DNA from: an uncultured Flavobacteriaceae bacterium
GTDB taxonomy: Bacteria; Bacteroidota; Bacteroidia; Flavobacteriales; Flavobacteriaceae
Direction: 5' to 3'
Assembly: GCA_905479415.1 (NCBI GenBank)
Contig: CAJQMK010000002.1
Location: 18,727-82,726 of the forward strand
Length of the DNA: 64,000 bases
The position numbers and the translations under genes are program-made. Shown here in pieces: positions 56,115-64,000 of this stretch (within the stretch, counting starts at the first letter, position 1; each line of letters begins with the position of its first letter). The notes beneath the pieces are model-generated. The model saw only the letters and a list, made by a program, of their open reading frames with translations. It searched no databases and had not been told where the DNA came from.

Positions 56115-57203
56115 ATGAATTCTCTGTATCTGGATAAAATAAGCATTGTAAACTATAAGAATATTATAGCAAGTGAATATGATCTTGATAGAAAAATTAA
56201 CTGTTTTGTTGGAGATAATGGAATTGGGAAAACTAACATATTGGATTCGATTTATCATCTTTCAGCAGGAAAAAGCTATTTTAATTCTATTAGTTCACAA
56301 ACTATTAATCACGATCAAGATTTTATGTTTATTGATGGAAGTTTTATAAAAAATGATCAAAAAGAAAATTTAATTTGTAGTTTAAAAAGAGGTAAAAAGA
56401 AAACATTAAAAAGAAATGGAAAAATTTATAAAAAACTTTCTGAACATGTAGGCTTAATTCCATTGGTGATGATTTCTCCCTCTGACAGAGACTTAATTCA
56501 AGAAGGTAGTTCATTGAGAAGAAAATTCATTGATAGTATCATTTCTCAAAACAATAAATTGTATTTAAATCACATTATTAATTATCATAAAGTATTAAAT
56601 CAAAGAAATGCTTTATTAAAATATTTTAACAGGACTAACTCTTTTGACAAGGTAAATATTAGTATTTATAATGATCAATTATTTGAACTAAGTAAACCTA
56701 TTTACGAAACAAGAAAAATATTTTTCAAAAACTTTGCTCCGGTGTTTTTTAAGCATTATAATTCCATAAGTCAAAACAAAGAAAAAATAAATATATCTTT
56801 TCAAAGTCAATTAGAATTCGAGTCTTTAGAGTCCTTATTAGAAAACAGTATTAAAAAAGATAGAATTCTCCAATACACCAGTTGTGGTATACATAAAGAT
56901 GATTTAGTAATGAAGATTAATGGTCATCCAATAAAAAAATACGGTAGTCAAGGTCAACAAAAATCTTTTTTAATTGCTTTAAAATTAGCACAATTTGATT
57001 ATTTAAAATCAGAATGTAATTCATCACCAATTTTATTACTTGATGATATTTTTGATAAACTTGATAATGGAAGAGTTAAACAACTAATTCAATTAGTTAA
57101 TAACAATTTATTTGGTCAAATTTTTATTTCTGATACAGATTTTGAAAGAACCAATAAAATTATTCAAGAAATAGATTCAACCTTTAAAATATTTAAACTA
57201 TGA
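56115..57203 (+). CDS. recF: DNA replication and repair protein RecF
   Basis: 362 aa. Walker A VGDNGIGKTN, signature SQGQQKSF, Walker B LLLDDIFDKLD. Confidence 0.93.
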   Translation: MNSLYLDKISIVNYKNIIASEYDLDRKINCFVGDNGIGKTNILDSIYHLSAGKSYFNSISSQTINHDQDFMFIDGSFIKNDQKENLICSLKRGKKKTLKRNGKIYKKLSEHVGLIPLVMISPSDRDLIQEGSSLRRKFIDSIISQNNKLYLNHIINYHKVLNQRNALLKYFNRTNSFDKVNISIYNDQLFELSKPIYETRKIFFKNFAPVFFKHYNSISQNKEKINISFQSQLEFESLESLLENSIKKDRILQYTSCGIHKDDLVMKINGHPIKKYGSQGQQKSFLIALKLAQFDYLKSECNSSPILLLDDIFDKLDNGRVKQLIQLVNNNLFGQIFISDTDFERTNKIIQEIDSTFKIFKL

Positions 57204-57496
57204 AAAGAAATTTTGAATCAAAAAGTATAAAAAATATTCTTGGAAAATTAATAGATAGCTCTTCAAATCTAAATTCTGGACTTAATAATATAAAAGTTCA
57301 AAAATTATGGAAAGAAGTTATGGGTTCCAATGTTAATTCTTACACAAATGAAGTAATATTAAAAAACAAAACACTGTATGTGAACCTAAATTCCTCTGTT
57401 TTAAGACAAGAACTTAGTTATGGAAAACAAAAAATAGTTGACTTACTAAATAAAGAGCTTGGTAAGAAAATTATTCAAAAAATTGTATTAAGATAG
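57200..57496 (+). CDS. DUF721-like protein (commonly follows recF)
   Basis: 98 aa. ATGA overlap with recF. Its size and position match the DUF721/YaaA-like family as I recall it. Confidence 0.65.
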   Translation: MKRNFESKSIKNILGKLIDSSSNLNSGLNNIKVQKLWKEVMGSNVNSYTNEVILKNKTLYVNLNSSVLRQELSYGKQKIVDLLNKELGKKIIQKIVLR

Positions 57497-57907
57497 AATC
57501 TCTTCTTTTGAAAAATGAAACAAACCTTCAATTTCAGCATTTTCGTCACTATCTGATCCGTGCACTGCATTTTCACCCATGGATGTTGCAAATAAATTTC
57601 TGATAGTTCCTTCAGCAGCTTCAGATGGATTTGTTGACCCAATTAACTTTCTAAACTCATTAACAGCATTATCTTTTTCTAAAATTGCAGCTACAATTGG
57701 TCCTCTGCTCATAAATGAAACTAATTCACCAAAAAATGGACGCTCATTATGAACTTCATAAAATTTTTCAGCGTTTTCTTTACTTAACCTGGTTAATTTC
57801 ATTGCAATGATTTTAAAGCCAGCACCATTAATTTTTTCTAAAATTGCCCCAGTATGACCATTTTCAACAGCATCTGGTTTAATCATTGTAAAAGTTCTAT
57901 TACTCAT
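57488..57907 (-). CDS. ndk: nucleoside-diphosphate kinase
   Basis: Start at ATG 57907 ([14 protein letters not shown]...). Catalytic NAVHGSD. The 39 extra codons in the track ORF are an upstream read-through. Confidence 0.95.
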   Translation of the reverse strand: MSNRTFTMIKPDAVENGHTGAILEKINGAGFKIIAMKLTRLSKENAEKFYEVHNERPFFGELVSFMSRGPIVAAILEKDNAVNEFRKLIGSTNPSEAAEGTIRNLFATSMGENAVHGSDSDENAEIEGLFHFSKEEILS

Positions 57908-57964
57908 TTTAATAATTTTCTGCAAACCTAAGAAAAAAATGAATTTAATTGTAATGAACTTAAT

Positions 57965-58744
57965 TTGTATTTTTATAGAGTGATAAATGTAACTATTATT
58001 GGAACTGGAAATGTAGCATTCCATTTAAGCGAAGTATTTTTTAAACACCAAGAAATTAATTTGGTTGAAATATGCGGAAGAAAAAAGAATTTACCCACTG
58101 AATTTAATGTTTTTATAGATTATAATAATAACATTTTTAAACTAAAAAAATCAGATTTTTACATAATTTGCGTATCTGATGAACATATTGAAACTATTTC
58201 TAAAAATTTAAACATTGATAATAATAGTACAGTCTTGCATTGTTCTGGATCAACGCATATAAATGAATTATCAAATCATTATTCATATGGTGTTTTTTAT
58301 CCCTTACAGACCTTTAGTATAAAAAAAAGCATAAATTTTAGTAATATTCCTATCATTATTGAGGGGAATTCTAACAAAAATTTAAATAAAATAAAAGATT
58401 TAGCATTAATGCTTTCTAAAAAAGTATTAGAAACTTCCAGTAAACAAAGGATAGCAATTCATGTTTCTGCTGTATTTACAAACAATTTTACTAATTACAT
58501 GAGAATTGTTGCGGATGAAATTTTAAAATTAAATGAAATTGATACTAAAATTTTAAATCCATTAACTTTTGAAACATCTGATAAATTAAAATATCTATCA
58601 TCAAAAGACGCTCAAACTGGACCTGCATTAAGAAATGATTTAAAAACAATTAAAAAACACTTAAATTTATTAAAAGGAACTGATCATGAAAAAGTTTATA
58701 AAACTATTTCATCTGAAATTACAAAATTAAACAATGAACTATAA
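57965..58744 (+). CDS. Rossmann-fold protein, DUF2520-like
   Basis: 259 aa. N-terminal dinucleotide fold [13 protein letters not shown]. The start is uncertain (TTG 57965 or GTG 57980). Confidence 0.62.
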   Translation: MYFYRVINVTIIGTGNVAFHLSEVFFKHQEINLVEICGRKKNLPTEFNVFIDYNNNIFKLKKSDFYIICVSDEHIETISKNLNIDNNSTVLHCSGSTHINELSNHYSYGVFYPLQTFSIKKSINFSNIPIIIEGNSNKNLNKIKDLALMLSKKVLETSSKQRIAIHVSAVFTNNFTNYMRIVADEILKLNEIDTKILNPLTFETSDKLKYLSSKDAQTGPALRNDLKTIKKHLNLLKGTDHEKVYKTISSEITKLNNEL

Positions 58745-59255
58745 AGAAAAACTTAATACAATTGAAACGTTTATTTTCGATATTGATGGTGTATTTACAG
58801 ATGGAAAAATCATAGTAGATAGCTTCGGAAAAGAATCTAGGTCATTTAACACCAAAGACGGAATTGCTGTAAAGTTAGCAAACGATCTAGGCTATAATAT
58901 AGCTATAATTACAGGTGCTAATAATCAAGGTATAAAAGCTAGATTGAACAGACTAGGTATAAAAAATGTTTTTCTAAACTCAAATGACAAAGTAAAAGAT
59001 CTATTAAATTACTCAAAAACTAACAATATTAATCTTAAAAAAACTGTTTACATGGGAGATGATCTTCCTGACACATTTCCAATGGAATTAGTTTATTTAA
59101 AAACATGTCCACATGACGCTGCCCCCGAGGTCAGAGAAATATCCGATTATATCTCGAATAAAAAAGGTGGAGAAGGATGTGTAAGAGATATTATTGAACA
59201 AACACTTAAAGTTCAAGGAAATTGGGATTTAAGCAAAAAAAATCAAAACATTTAA
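58734..59255 (+). CDS. kdsC: HAD-IIIA phosphatase, KdsC-like (Kdo-8-phosphate phosphatase)
   Basis: 173 aa. FIFDIDGVFTDG (DxD nucleophile), ITGA, GDDLPD. Confidence 0.8.
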   Translation: MNYKEKLNTIETFIFDIDGVFTDGKIIVDSFGKESRSFNTKDGIAVKLANDLGYNIAIITGANNQGIKARLNRLGIKNVFLNSNDKVKDLLNYSKTNNINLKKTVYMGDDLPDTFPMELVYLKTCPHDAAPEVREISDYISNKKGGEGCVRDIIEQTLKVQGNWDLSKKNQNI

Positions 59256-59258
59256 TTG

Positions 59259-59846
59259 ATGTTTTTTGAAAAATTAAAAAACTATAACGTATTGTTAGCC
59301 TCAAATTCGAAAAGGAGACACGAACTTCTAAATCAACTTGGTGTTCAATATAAAATTATTAACCAAAACGTAGACGAGTCTTTTTCAAATGAGTTAAAAG
59401 GTAGTATGATTACAGATTATTTAGCAAAAAAAAAATCATCCTTACTAGTTAATAACTTAAAAAAAAATGATATACTTATAACATCAGATACTATAGTTTG
59501 GCATAAAAATAGTCCTCTTGGTAAACCCAAAAACAGAACTGAAGCATTTAAAATGATCAAATCACTAGAGAATTCTTGTCACGAAGTAATTACGTCTATT
59601 TGTATATCAACTGTAAATTTTCAAACAATTGTTAATGAAAAAACTTTAGTTTTTTTTGATAGTATTGATGAAAATGACTTATTATATTATACTAAGACAT
59701 CTGATGTTTTAGATCGTGCAGGTAGCTATGGAATACAGGATTATATTGGTCATGTTGGTGTAAAAAAAATTGAAGGCTCTTACAGTAATGTATTAGGTTT
59801 TCCAACAAATCTATTTGTAAAAACAATTAATTCTATGAATCTATGA
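59259..59846 (+). CDS. maf: Maf-like nucleoside triphosphate pyrophosphatase
   Basis: LASNSKRRHELL, SDTIV, GKP, AGSYGIQD motifs. ATG at 59259. Confidence 0.9.
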   Translation: MFFEKLKNYNVLLASNSKRRHELLNQLGVQYKIINQNVDESFSNELKGSMITDYLAKKKSSLLVNNLKKNDILITSDTIVWHKNSPLGKPKNRTEAFKMIKSLENSCHEVITSICISTVNFQTIVNEKTLVFFDSIDENDLLYYTKTSDVLDRAGSYGIQDYIGHVGVKKIEGSYSNVLGFPTNLFVKTINSMNL

Positions 59847-59935
59847 AATGGAGTAAATCTTATAATCTAATTTTATTAATAAATTGTATTTATATAATAT
59901 TTTTTATAATTCTAACCTATAATTATACTTTATAA

Positions 59936-61600
59936 ATGTCTACAATTGATTGGATTATTCTTATCTGTACAATTTCTTTTATAGTTATTTACGGAATTTA
60001 TAAAACAAGAAAATTTAATACAATAAAAGACCACCTCAAAGGGGGTGGGTCAGCCAATTGGTTAACAGTAGGTTTATCTGTAATGGCTACTCAAGCTAGT
60101 GCTATTACTTTCTTATCGACTCCAGGTCAAGCTTATGACGAAGGTATGGGATTTGTACAGTTTTACTTTGGATTACCGTTAGCCATAATAGTAATTTGCA
60201 TGGTATTTATTCCGATATATCATAAACTTAAAGTATATACAGCATATGAATATTTAGAACAACGATTTGATAGAAAAACTAGAACACTTGCTGCGGTTTT
60301 ATTTTTAGTTCAAAGAGGATTAGCTGCTGGTATAACAATTTTTGCTCCTGCTATTATTTTATCAACCATTTTAGGATGGGATTTAAAACTATTAAATCTT
60401 TCAATAGGTTTGTTAGTAATTATTTACACAGTAAGTGGAGGTACTAAAGCAGTTAGTATTACACAAAAACAACAAATGTTTGTAATAATGAGTGGAATGA
60501 TAATAGCCTTTATAATAATTCTTTATTCTCTTCCTGCAAATATTAACTTTAGTGAAGCTTTAAAAATGGCTGGAATTGGTGGAAAAATGGAAATTGTGAA
60601 TTTTTCGTTTGATTTAGAAAAAAAATATACTTTTTGGAGTGGCATTACAGGTGGCTTCTTTTTAGCTTTATCATATTTTGGAACCGACCAAAGTCAAGTT
60701 CAAAGATATCTTTCTGGGAAGTCTGTAAAAGAGAGTCAATTAGGTCTAATGTTTAATGCCGTATTAAAAATTCCTATGCAATTCTTTATATTACTTACTG
60801 GGATAATGGTGTTTGTATTTTTTGAGTTCAATAGTACTCCAGTCAACTTCAATCCGCAAGTAACTAATTATTTAGAACAGGTTCAAAATGAAGATTATTT
60901 AATCGAAAAAGAAAAATTCATTTCTCTTAGAAATAAAAAAAGAAACCTACAAAAAAAATATATTGAGAATATTGGATTTGAAGCTGAAAAAAATTTAGAA
61001 AAAGAAATTATACAATTACATAATAAAGAAAAAGAAATTAGAGAGAATGTAAAAAAAATTACAGCTGAAATAGCACCATCATCAATCGAGTCCAATGATT
61101 TGGATTATATTTTTATTTTTTTCATACTTAATTATCTTCCAAAAGGTGTAATAGGACTATTACTTGCCGTGATACTAAGTGCAGCTATGTCATCCACAGC
61201 CTCAGAACTTAATGCGTTGTCTACAACAACTGTAATAGATTTGTATAAAAGAAATCACATTGAAAAAAAATCTGAAAATCACTATCTAAAAGTCTCAAAA
61301 TTGTTTACTGTTATTTGGGGAATAATTGCAATTATTTTTGCAAGTTTTGGATCACTTTTTGAAAATTTAATAGAGCTAGTAAATTTAATTGGTTCAATTT
61401 TTTACGGAACGATATTAGGTATTTTTATGGTTGCTTTCTTTTTTAAAAAAGTAAAAGGAAATCAAGTGTTTTATGCAGCATGCATTTCTCAAATAGCCAT
61501 ATTTTTCATTTATGGATTTACAGACGTGGGTTATTTGTGGTTAAATTTTATTGGGGCAATTTTAACAATCACAATTTCAAGCTTAATTAGCAAAAAATAA
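59936..61600 (+). CDS. sodium:solute symporter (SSF) with large charged internal insert
   Basis: 554 aa. SSF-like TM pattern (ATQASAITFLSTPGQAY, GTDQSQVQRYLS) and an approximately 85-90-aa Lys/Glu-rich insert at aa 304-391. Confidence 0.88.
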   Translation: MSTIDWIILICTISFIVIYGIYKTRKFNTIKDHLKGGGSANWLTVGLSVMATQASAITFLSTPGQAYDEGMGFVQFYFGLPLAIIVICMVFIPIYHKLKVYTAYEYLEQRFDRKTRTLAAVLFLVQRGLAAGITIFAPAIILSTILGWDLKLLNLSIGLLVIIYTVSGGTKAVSITQKQQMFVIMSGMIIAFIIILYSLPANINFSEALKMAGIGGKMEIVNFSFDLEKKYTFWSGITGGFFLALSYFGTDQSQVQRYLSGKSVKESQLGLMFNAVLKIPMQFFILLTGIMVFVFFEFNSTPVNFNPQVTNYLEQVQNEDYLIEKEKFISLRNKKRNLQKKYIENIGFEAEKNLEKEIIQLHNKEKEIRENVKKITAEIAPSSIESNDLDYIFIFFILNYLPKGVIGLLLAVILSAAMSSTASELNALSTTTVIDLYKRNHIEKKSENHYLKVSKLFTVIWGIIAIIFASFGSLFENLIELVNLIGSIFYGTILGIFMVAFFFKKVKGNQVFYAACISQIAIFFIYGFTDVGYLWLNFIGAILTITISSLISKK

Positions 61601-61678
61601 TTAGCAAGCAGAAATGTAATTTTTTATACATAATCCTAATTTGGAATGATCTTTGTTTAAGGTTTAATAAAAATAAAC

Positions 61679-62140
61679 TTGAAAATATTTCAAATTAAAA
61701 CAAAACTAAAACTACCAATCTCAGCCACAGAAGCTTGGAAGTTTTTAAGCAATCCGAAAAACCTAGCAGAAATCACTCCGAAATACATGAATTTCAAAAT
61801 TCTAAGTGGAGCTGAAAGATCAATTTATGCCGGACAAATAATTCAATACAAAGTCACACCTGTTTTTGGAATAACTCTAAAATGGGTTACTGAAATTACT
61901 CACGTTAAGGAAAATGAATATTTTGTAGATGAACAAAGGTTTGGCCCCTACTCTTTGTGGCACCACAAACATTTTATTAAAGAAATTGATGGTGGCATTG
62001 AAATGGAAGATGTTGTAGATTATAAAATACCTTTCGGATTTTTAGGACAAATTGCCCATCCTTTATTTGTAAAAAACAAACTCAGAGATATTTTTAAATA
62101 CAGAGAAAAAAAACTAATAAAACTTTTTGGTAAATTATAA
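61679..62140 (+). CDS. SRPBCC (START/Bet v1-like) ligand-binding family protein
   Basis: 153 aa with a TTG start. The WKFLSNPKNLAEITP...FVDEQRFGPYSLWHHKHFF-like block is typical of the SRPBCC domain found at the N-terminus of YfcH-type proteins. Confidence 0.68.
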   Translation: MKIFQIKTKLKLPISATEAWKFLSNPKNLAEITPKYMNFKILSGAERSIYAGQIIQYKVTPVFGITLKWVTEITHVKENEYFVDEQRFGPYSLWHHKHFIKEIDGGIEMEDVVDYKIPFGFLGQIAHPLFVKNKLRDIFKYREKKLIKLFGKL

Positions 62141-62144
62141 AATC

Positions 62145-62843
62145 ATGAAAAAAAATATTTTATTTATTGGTGGGTCATCCGGAATTGGATATGAAACTAT
62201 TAAACAAATGCACAGTCAACATAATATTTATGTTGCTAGTAGAACTAACGATAATTTTAAAGATTTTAATGTAAATCATATTAAATATGATGTTTTAATC
62301 GATGAATTAAACTCTGAAACAATTCCTGAGGAATTACATGGCTTTGTTTACTGTCCAGGGAGTATCAATCTTAGACCTTTTAGAAGCTTAAAACTTAGCA
62401 CGTTCGAGGAAGATTTGAATATAAATTTTTTATCAATGGTGAAGTCGCTGCAAAAAGTTATAAATAATTTAAAAAAATCTGGAAACTCTAGCGTTGTTTT
62501 GTTTAGTACAGTTGCTGTAAAAGTCGGTATGCCGTTTCATACTAGCGTTTCAGCATCTAAAGGTGCAATTGAAGGTTTTGCCAGATCCTTAGCGGCTGAG
62601 TATGCGCCAGGTGTAAGAGTTAATGTCATTGCACCATCTCTTACAGATACTCCGATGGCTGAAAGATTTTTAAACAATGACCTAAAAAAAGAAAAAGTTG
62701 GAGATAAACATCCATTAAAGAGACACGGAAACCCGAATGATATTGCCAAATCTGTTGTACATCTATTAAGTGACAATAGTTCATGGGTAACAGGACAAAT
62801 ATTGGGAATAGATGGTGGAATGTCAGCAATTAATCTATCTTAA
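62145..62843 (+). CDS. short-chain dehydrogenase/reductase family protein, atypical (catalytic Tyr replaced by Val)
   Basis: ATG at 62145. Cofactor motif IGGSSGIG. The active-site block reads HTSVSASKGA where classical SDRs have YSASK. I verified the codons directly: gtt tca gca tct aaa. Confidence 0.85.
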   Translation: MKKNILFIGGSSGIGYETIKQMHSQHNIYVASRTNDNFKDFNVNHIKYDVLIDELNSETIPEELHGFVYCPGSINLRPFRSLKLSTFEEDLNINFLSMVKSLQKVINNLKKSGNSSVVLFSTVAVKVGMPFHTSVSASKGAIEGFARSLAAEYAPGVRVNVIAPSLTDTPMAERFLNNDLKKEKVGDKHPLKRHGNPNDIAKSVVHLLSDNSSWVTGQILGIDGGMSAINLS

Positions 62844-64000
62844 TTGAAAAAAGAAATTTCAATTTTTTGGTTTAGAAGAGATCTTAGGTTAGATGACAAT
62901 AAAGGTTTATTTAATGCTTTAAATGAAAATGAGACTGTATTGCCTATTTTTATTTATGACAAAAACATCCTAGACAAATTAAAAAAAGATGACCACAGAA
63001 TAGATTATATAAATTATTCAATTTTAAAAATGAATAATTTACTTTCAAAAAAGAATAAGTCAATTTCTAGTTTTTATGGATACCCAAATGAAGTGTTTTC
63101 TAAACTAATAAATGAGTTTGATATAAAAAAAGTATATGTTAACAGGGATTACACGCCCTACTCAATCAAAAGAGATCTTATCATCCAAAAATTACTAGAA
63201 AATAATAAAATACAATTTTACGATTTTAAAGATCATGTATTATTTGAAAAAAATGAAATTGTAAAAGATGATGGAACACCCTATAAAGTTTACACTCCAT
63301 TTTCAAAAAAATGGATTAACAAAATGAATGAACAAGGTGTTCCTAATTATTCATCAGAAAATTTAATTGAAAAATTAATAAATAGTGATAATGTGTTTGA
63401 AACAGAATCTATTGGATTCACAAGATCTGAGATAAATTTTTTAAAGAGTAATGTTTCTGATGAAATAATAAAAAATTATGAATTAAAAAGAAATTTCCCA
63501 AGCTCCAATGGAACATCAAAAATCGGCGTTGAATTAAGGTTCGGAACAATTAGCACAAGAAAATTAATAACAAAAGCATGTAAATCAAAAAATAATACTT
63601 TTTTAAAAGAATTGGTTTGGAGAGAGTTTTTTCAACAAATTCTCTATCATTTTCCAAGAACAATTACAGAAAGTTTTAAGCCAAAATATGAAAGAATAGA
63701 ATGGTTAAATAATGAAAATGATTTCAGAAAGTGGTGTAAAGGCCAAACTGGATACCCGATAGTCGATGCAGGAATGAGAGAATTAAATAAAACAGGATTC
63801 ATGCACAATAGAGCAAGAATGGTAGTTGGTAGTTTTTTGTGTAAACATTTACTTATTGATTGGAGATGGGGAGAAGCATATTTTAGAGAAAAATTATATG
63901 ATTATGAGACAGCTAGTAATGTTGGTAATTGGCAGTGGGTTGCAGGGTGTGGTGTAGATGCAGCACCATACTTTAGAATATTTAATCCACACGAACAACT
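62844..64000 (+). CDS. deoxyribodipyrimidine photolyase / cryptochrome family protein, partial (continues past window end)
   Basis: Not in the ORF track (open at the edge). TTG at 62844 directly follows the SDR stop. My translation reads KKEISIFWFRRDLRLDDNKGLF...GYPIVDAGMRELNKTGFMHNRARMVVGSFLCKHLLIDWRWGEAYF...NVGNWQWVAGCGVDAAPYFRIFNP, which carries the classic FAD-binding domain motifs. Confidence 0.9.
   Translation, partial: MKKEISIFWFRRDLRLDDNKGLFNALNENETVLPIFIYDKNILDKLKKDDHRIDYINYSILKMNNLLSKKNKSISSFYGYPNEVFSKLINEFDIKKVYVNRDYTPYSIKRDLIIQKLLENNKIQFYDFKDHVLFEKNEIVKDDGTPYKVYTPFSKKWINKMNEQGVPNYSSENLIEKLINSDNVFETESIGFTRSEINFLKSNVSDEIIKNYELKRNFPSSNGTSKIGVELRFGTISTRKLITKACKSKNNTFLKELVWREFFQQILYHFPRTITESFKPKYERIEWLNNENDFRKWCKGQTGYPIVDAGMRELNKTGFMHNRARMVVGSFLCKHLLIDWRWGEAYFREKLYDYETASNVGNWQWVAGCGVDAAPYFRIFNPHEQ

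Noticed and set aside
57908-58024. 39-codon N-terminal extension of the ndk ORF ([10 protein letters not shown]...).
   Set aside because: Ndk homology begins exactly at [14 protein letters not shown] (ATG 57907). The extension is AT-rich low-complexity sequence and would overlap the divergent DUF2520-like gene start.

Overview
This window looks like ordinary, very AT-rich (about 30% G+C by eye) chromosomal core DNA of a Bacteroidota/Flavobacteriia-type genome, probably a streamlined marine flavobacterium. The taxonomic call rests on four things. Shine-Dalgarno sequences are essentially absent. TAnnTTTG-type -7 promoter boxes are present. The gene order bamD-rpoZ-coaBC-DUF4835-recN matches flavobacterial synteny. 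A CarboxypepD_reg TonB-dependent receptor is paired with a DUF4249-like gene, and there is a crtI-crtB-crtZ zeaxanthin cluster.

I call 71 protein-coding genes and 3 tRNAs (Lys-Lys-Leu). My hand tally of the gaps gives roughly 96-97% coding. The window is centred on dnaA (24990-26414), and gene orientation flips there, so the replication origin is probably close by.

Content is almost entirely housekeeping:
- Replication and repair: dnaA, dnaB, ligA, recN, recF, xerD, photolyase.
- Translation: thrS-infC-rpmI-rplT, rplS, trmD, tgt, prmC.
- Cofactor and envelope biosynthesis: coaBC, coaE, ribD, ribH, dapA, dapF, mltG, murQ, kdsC, lptF/G, bamD, accA, fabI.
- Central metabolism: lpd, icd, split transketolase.

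Six features are missing from the supplied ORF track and were recovered by reading the DNA. These are cmk (runs off the left edge), a photolyase (runs off the right edge), infC (non-AUG start) and the three tRNAs.

I see no mobile elements, CRISPR arrays, prophage remnants, toxin-antitoxin pairs or defence islands. I cannot honestly point to a convincing new multi-gene system. The better leads are modest:
- A degenerate MsrB paralogue, predicted to be a lipoprotein, fused in an operon to an apparently exported MsrB.
- A tight SRPBCC / Tyr-less SDR / photolyase operon.
- crtIBZ starting 14 nt after a tRNA cluster, which implies tRNA-mRNA co-transcription.
- An order-swapped split 5'-nucleotidase whose halves carry different export signals.
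- A TonB receptor-DUF4249-murQ unit.
- Pervasive 3'-3' gene overlaps that leave no room for terminators.
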